Made by a program: the position numbers and the translations under genes | Notes under the pieces: generated by a model | The model's database searches: none | What the model was told of the DNA's origin: nothing | The model's input: only the letters and a program-made list of their open reading frames with translations | Shown here: in pieces, positions 27,834 to 32,000 of the stretch | Layout: each line of letters starts with the position of its first letter | How positions within the stretch are numbered: the stretch's first letter is position 1 | DNA from: Cupriavidus necator | GTDB lineage: Bacteria; Pseudomonadota; Gammaproteobacteria; Burkholderiales; Burkholderiaceae | Length of the DNA: 32,000 nucleotides | Direction: 5' to 3' | Assembly (NCBI RefSeq): GCF_016127575.1 | Contig: NZ_CP066019.1 | Span: 1,740,001-1,772,000, forward strand

Positions 27834-30155
27834 CTAGGACGCGCGGGTGAGCGGCGCGGCCGCGCCGCGGACGCGTTCCGGCTTGGCGCCGAGCGCCGTG
27901 CGGATCCGCTCCAGCATTGCCGTCTGCTCGACAGTGGGCCTGGCGCCAAGCAGGCGCTCATCGACACGCAGCTTCTCCGCCAGCGCCTGCAGCCGCTGGC
28001 GGTCGGCCTGATACCTGAGCAAGGCCGGCAGCGTCGCGAGCGCCTGTTCGGGCGCGTACCGCGTGATCAGCTCCTGCCTGCCGCGGATCTCGCGCCAGGC
28101 GTCCGGCTCAAGTTCCGGCAGCAGATCGGCGTAGTCCGTGACCAGCTCCTTGCGCAGCTCCAGCCTGGACAGCGGCAGGGGCTCACCCCTGCGGCTCAGC
28201 AGGCAGGCCAGCCGGGCAATGGCCTCGGCGTATCCGCCTTGCCCGACCGCGGCCAGCGCCGCTTTGACTTCCGGCAGGTCATGCGGGTCGGTCGCCGCCG
28301 GGGTACCCGCGCGGGCGGTAGGCTCGCTCCTTGGCTGGAACGGGAACAGGTTGGCGTACACGTTGAAAAAGGTGTATTCGGTCATCGCATCGCGCACGGC
28401 CCGGTATGCGTCCAAACCGGCGCTGAGCATTTCCGCGCCCACCTGCTCTTGCTGCCGCAGCGGATGATCCGGTTCCAACGTTTGCCGGCTGGCCCGGACC
28501 GCGTCGGCGGCGGGCTTCAACCATGCCATCCACGGATTCAGGTCCGAGAACAGCCAGTTCTGCATGCGTAGCGGATGGAATTCGCGCAGCACCCGTGCTG
28601 TCATCTCATTGGACACCGCCTGGACGTAAGGCTGCGCAAACAGCTCGTAGGCGCGCTGCGTGAAGTCCGACAGGTTGGCGACCGTCTCGAACGGCTTCTC
28701 GTCGGCGCGCTCAAAGCGGTTAAGCCTGCTGGCGATTTCCTCGAGCGAGTGCTCCTCGAACTGGACCTCATAGTCCACGCCATCGCTACCCTTGCGCTCA
28801 TGGATGACCATGCCGTAGAGCCCAGGCGGCAGCAGTTCGATGCTCTTGAGCACCGAGACGATCTGTGCGTGCTCCTTCTGCGCGACCTTGCCGGAGACGA
28901 AGATGCCGAGATGGCCGACGCTCCGGTGCATCATGCCGACAATGACCTGGCCGCGAGCCTTGATCTCCTCGGTACTGCCGTAGATGTCCACCACCCAGTT
29001 GAATGCCTGCTGCGGCGGCGTGATGTTGTCGCCCATCGAGGCAAACAAAACGATGGGCGAGCGGATCTCGCGCAGATCGAACGCCTTGCCGCCGGCGTTC
29101 TTGACTTCACCACCCCACAGCTTGTTGCCGACGAACAGGTTGCGCGTGATCCATTCGATCTCCTCGCGGTTCATCAGGTAGTAGCCACCCCACCAGCGTT
29201 CGAACTCAAGAAAGCGCGGCGGCTCGGTATCGGCCTTCTTGTACAGGTTGTAGTACTTGTCCCAGAGACTGTTGGACGGATTCAGGTTTTCGAAATTTTG
29301 TACCAACCAGGCGCCGTCAAACTTGCCGTTGCCGAGATCCGCCGTATACGACGCCAACCACGTGCCGCCCAGGAGCCCGCCGGAATAGCGCATCGGGTTG
29401 TCGCCTTCGCCCTCGCTCCAGGCACCGCTCCAGTACGACATCGGCGCGCCGTTGATCACGATCGGCCCGGTGTCGCCCGGGTCCGAGGCGCCGAGCATCA
29501 TCGCAGCCCAGCCGCCTTGGCAATTGCCGATGATGGCTGGCTTGGCGCTGTGTGGATGCAGTTCACGCACTCTCTTGATGAACTGTTGCTCGGCCTCGCA
29601 CACGTCCAGCAGGGTCTGTCCCGGCTCGGGATCGCGGAAGAAGATGACAAAATACACAGGATGGCCGGCACGCATTGCCACGCCGACCTGCGAGTCGTCC
29701 TTGAAACCGCCGATGCCCGGGCCATGGCCGGCACGCGGATCGATGATGACGTAAGGGCGGCGGCTATCATCGATCGTCACGCCATCGGGCGGGATAATTT
29801 TCAACAGCGCGTAGTTGACGGGCCGTTCGAACTGGCGGGCATCCAGAACGGTCTCGTAGCCAAAATGCAGGACCGGCTTGAGCCCCTGCATGGTGTTTTC
29901 GACAAAGTTGTTGCCCCGTTGCCTGAGCGTGTCCCAGAACAGGATGGCACGCTGCATGCTGTCGATGGCATAGGCATAGCTGCTCATCGGATCCATGCCG
30001 GCCATCGGGTTGATCGGGCCGGCGCCCGGCTCCCCAACGGCTTGCTGCACGCGGCCACTAAAGGCCTCCTGCGCATTCTTCAGGCGCTTTTGCAGCACCA
30101 TGCCGGTCTTGAGGCCAACTTCACGCGCGTGCACCAGTTGCTTTGCTGCATCCAT
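27834..30155 (-). CDS. DUF3141-type protein; alpha/beta hydrolase with a PHA-synthase-like Cys-Asp-His triad plus a ~340-aa helical C-terminal region
   Basis: GNCQGG nucleophile elbow (29511..29528), SMGDNITPP (Asp codon 29028..29030), SVGHLGIFVSG (His codon 28911..28913). I prefer the ATG at 30155 with GGAGA 5 nt upstream over the TTG at 30194. Confidence 0.85.
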   Translation of the reverse strand: MDAAKQLVHAREVGLKTGMVLQKRLKNAQEAFSGRVQQAVGEPGAGPINPMAGMDPMSSYAYAIDSMQRAILFWDTLRQRGNNFVENTMQGLKPVLHFGYETVLDARQFERPVNYALLKIIPPDGVTIDDSRRPYVIIDPRAGHGPGIGGFKDDSQVGVAMRAGHPVYFVIFFRDPEPGQTLLDVCEAEQQFIKRVRELHPHSAKPAIIGNCQGGWAAMMLGASDPGDTGPIVINGAPMSYWSGAWSEGEGDNPMRYSGGLLGGTWLASYTADLGNGKFDGAWLVQNFENLNPSNSLWDKYYNLYKKADTEPPRFLEFERWWGGYYLMNREEIEWITRNLFVGNKLWGGEVKNAGGKAFDLREIRSPIVLFASMGDNITPPQQAFNWVVDIYGSTEEIKARGQVIVGMMHRSVGHLGIFVSGKVAQKEHAQIVSVLKSIELLPPGLYGMVIHERKGSDGVDYEVQFEEHSLEEIASRLNRFERADEKPFETVANLSDFTQRAYELFAQPYVQAVSNEMTARVLREFHPLRMQNWLFSDLNPWMAWLKPAADAVRASRQTLEPDHPLRQQEQVGAEMLSAGLDAYRAVRDAMTEYTFFNVYANLFPFQPRSEPTARAGTPAATDPHDLPEVKAALAAVGQGGYAEAIARLACLLSRRGEPLPLSRLELRKELVTDYADLLPELEPDAWREIRGRQELITRYAPEQALATLPALLRYQADRQRLQALAEKLRVDERLLGARPTVEQTAMLERIRTALGAKPERVRGAAAPLTRAS

Positions 30156-30399
30156 GCCGTTCTCCGCTGCGAATCTTGTGACACGGTTGGCCAAGCGTGG
30201 TAGCCCAGCCCCCGATGTGCATCTTGCTTCGAACTATAGCGTCGACCTTGGTCGCAATAGAACTGAATCTTTTCGGACGATGAGATAAGAAGGATTTCTT
30301 TCCAGGACGGCAGGATGAATGACCATATCCTATTGGACTCTGCGTGCGCTATGCTGAACTGGCGCGGCGCACACACCGCGGACCCGCTGGAGAACGATC

Positions 30400-30921
30400 A
30401 TGCGTTATCGCCTGCCCGCCTGCGTGACTGTCACAGTGGCGGCCCTTGTGCTGGGCGCCTGTGCCACTCTCCGGCCCCTGGAAACCGCAGAGGGCATGCT
30501 CGGCGGCCCGCAGCATGCCGTGCGCGATACGTTCGGCGCTCCCACGGAAACCTACCAGCTCGCTGATGGCACCACTCGGTGGATTTATTCGAAACAGCCG
30601 CTCGGCTTCGAAGTCTACGCGGCAGACTTTGACGCCAACGGCAAGCTTACGAGCTTTCGGCAGATGCTGACCGAGAAAGAAATCTACGAGGCACGCCCGG
30701 GGGTCTGGACCAAGCAGGATATTGCCGAGCGCTTTGGCCGTCCGCGCGAGCCCATCGAGTACTACCCGCTGATGAAGCGCGAGGCCTGGTCTTACCGGCT
30801 CTATGCGGGCGCCTACATGCCAGCGCATTTCAGTGCCTACTTTGACGAACGCGGCGTGCTCGACCGGACCATGATCATCGTCGATGCGATCGGCGGCGAC
30901 ACGCGAGACGGCAGCAAGTAA
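30400..30921 (+). CDS. lipoprotein, possibly BamE/SmpA-OmlA-like (two repeats)
   Basis: Lipobox VLGAC. GGAGA SD. High GC3. Two 'xxVxxxFGxPxE'-type segments (HAVRDTFGAPTE and KQDIAERFGRPRE). Confidence 0.65.
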   Translation: MRYRLPACVTVTVAALVLGACATLRPLETAEGMLGGPQHAVRDTFGAPTETYQLADGTTRWIYSKQPLGFEVYAADFDANGKLTSFRQMLTEKEIYEARPGVWTKQDIAERFGRPREPIEYYPLMKREAWSYRLYAGAYMPAHFSAYFDERGVLDRTMIIVDAIGGDTRDGSK

Positions 30922-31324
30922 GTCGGCCTCAGGCCGCATTGGACAAGAACACCACGATAAGGGCCGGAAGGAGCCGGAGTCCATCCGAAGCAACGCGAGT
31001 CGTCGTGCATCCATCAGATTTCGCGTGGAACTGTTCAGCGAACAGCAAAGCACAACGAAATCCGCCGACGGCAGAACCTCGTCGACGGATCAGGCGCTGG
31101 GTACCGTACGATCGATTCGTATTTTTCGATCGATCCCGGTGTTCCGTCCTTCTCGACCAGCCGCACGGTACTGCCGAGTCCGAGTCATAGACGATTGCCA
31201 GATGGCCCAGGCAAGGCTTTCGGGGCAGGGAATTTGCTTATGACAACAATGTCCTTCGCCCGCCCTAACCAAGGGTATACCCTCTCGTCTTTGCCTTTGC
31301 CGGCCGCTTTCCGGTTTCCCCCGC

Positions 31325-32000
31325 ATGCCTGCCTTCACCCTGCCCGCCCTGTCCGCCCGACTCCTCCGCGCCCGCCGCTCGCTGGCCGCCGTCGCCCTCG
31401 CCGCCATGTCCGCGGCCGCGCTGACGCCGGCACTGGCCAGCACCCAGAGCCCTGTGCTCGACAAGATCCGCGAATCCGGCACCATCGTGCTCGGTTACCG
31501 CGAGTCGGCGCTGCCATTCTCGTTTGCCGATGACAAGGGCCAGCCGGCCGGCTATGCGGTCGACCTTTGCCTGCGCGCCGCCGAAGCAGCACGCCAGCAA
31601 CTGGGCCTGAAAGACCTGAAGGTGCGCTGGATGCCGCTCACGCCGCAGAACCGCATTCCCGCCGTGGTCAACGGGCTGGTCGATCTGGACTGCGCGCCCA
31701 ACACCAATTCGCTTGAGCGCCAGAAGCAGGTTGCGTTCAGCGTCTCGCACTATGTGTCGACCGTGCGCATGCTGGTGCGCGCCGACTCCGGCATCCGCTC
31801 GTTCGGCGACCTGCGCGGCAAGACCGTGGTCACCAGCGCCGGATCGACCGGCGACCGCCACGTGCGCCGCATGAAGGCCCAGTACGGCTACCACGACGTC
31901 TACGCCAAGGACCATGGCGAATCGTTCCTGCTGCTCGAATCCGGCCGTGCCCAGGCCTTCGTCATGGACGATGTGCTGCTGGCTGGCCTGCGCGCCCGCG
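31325..32000 (+). CDS. amino-acid ABC transporter substrate-binding protein (family 3, GltI-like), 5' partial; runs off the window
   Basis: Not in the ORF track because there is no stop inside the window. ATG at 31325, signal peptide ...TPALA/STQ, then KIRESGTIVLGYRESALPFSFADDKGQPAGYAVDLC, typical of glutamate/aspartate binding proteins. Confidence 0.8.
   Translation, partial: MPAFTLPALSARLLRARRSLAAVALAAMSAAALTPALASTQSPVLDKIRESGTIVLGYRESALPFSFADDKGQPAGYAVDLCLRAAEAARQQLGLKDLKVRWMPLTPQNRIPAVVNGLVDLDCAPNTNSLERQKQVAFSVSHYVSTVRMLVRADSGIRSFGDLRGKTVVTSAGSTGDRHVRRMKAQYGYHDVYAKDHGESFLLLESGRAQAFVMDDVLLAGLRAR

Noticed and set aside
30156-30194. TTG start for the DUF3141 gene
   Set aside because: The internal ATG at 30155 has a GGAGA SD at 5 nt and the TTG has none. 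The difference is 13 residues and does not affect interpretation.
28575-30203. 542-aa plus-strand ORF (also 27795..28571 and 26864..27730)
   Set aside because: These are antisense to the DUF3141 and phosphotransacylase genes. They have low-complexity Arg/Ala/Leu-rich translations, and the opposite strand carries recognisable family motifs.
30195-30399. Search for an FNR/Anr box (TTGAT-N4-ATCAA) upstream of the DUF3141 operon to support hypoxic control
   Set aside because: The best match by eye is TTGGTcgcaATAGA (about 7/10), which is not convincing. Small dyads occur (AGGAT-N10-ATCCT at 30312..30331, AAGAA-N4-TTCTT), but they are too short to call.
30349-31053. 234-aa minus-strand ORF
   Set aside because: It overlaps the plus-strand lipoprotein gene, which has a lipobox, an SD and high GC3. 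The minus-frame translation is Arg/Ala/Leu-rich.
31265-31915. 216-aa minus-strand ORF
   Set aside because: It is antisense to the clearly recognisable family-3 binding-protein gene that runs off the window.

Overview
High-GC (about 65% by eye), densely coding bacterial segment with strong GC3 bias. The gene content (orphan Bug/TctC-type binding protein, NodT lipoprotein, AraC and LuxR regulators) looks like a Burkholderiales genome; Cupriavidus/Ralstonia-like is only a guess. I support about 29 CDS, 3 intrinsic-terminator candidates and a few dyad-symmetric intergenic sites. I see no rRNA, tRNA, CRISPR array, transposase, integrase or phage gene. Left to right: (1) a minus-strand ABC operon with a YbbA/YbbP-type ATPase, a double-FtsX permease and an AttH/CrtC-like lipocalin protein (463-4760). 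(2) A MoxR AAA+ / DUF58 / vWA (Bat-like) module headed by a membrane-anchored trypsin-like protease and faced by a divergent second vWA paralogue (5256-10427). (3) An AraC regulator divergent from a BKACE (DUF849) beta-keto-acid cleavage enzyme, a Bug binding protein and a carboxymuconolactone-decarboxylase-family gene (10659-14605). (4) A DUF3302 (YiaW-like) - HlyD (YiaV-like) - NodT outer-membrane-factor operon with no recognisable inner-membrane pump (14670-17709), preceded by a small Cys-containing secreted-protein ORF. (5) Orphan lipoprotein ORFs and an 85-bp element with 21-bp inverted arms (18205-19315). (6) A LuxR-type response regulator plus a 997-aa hybrid histidine kinase with Hpt (19316-22959). 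(7) A Pat-type GNAT and a periplasmic EF-hand protein. (8) A minus-strand operon of DUF3141 (PHA-synthase-like Cys-Asp-His alpha/beta hydrolase), phosphotransacylase, acetate-kinase-family kinase and FabI (24776-30155). (9) A BamE-like lipoprotein and the 5' part of an amino-acid ABC binding protein. My best candidate for an undescribed system is (8); (4) and (2) are runners-up. All family assignments come from motif recognition by eye, not from database searches.
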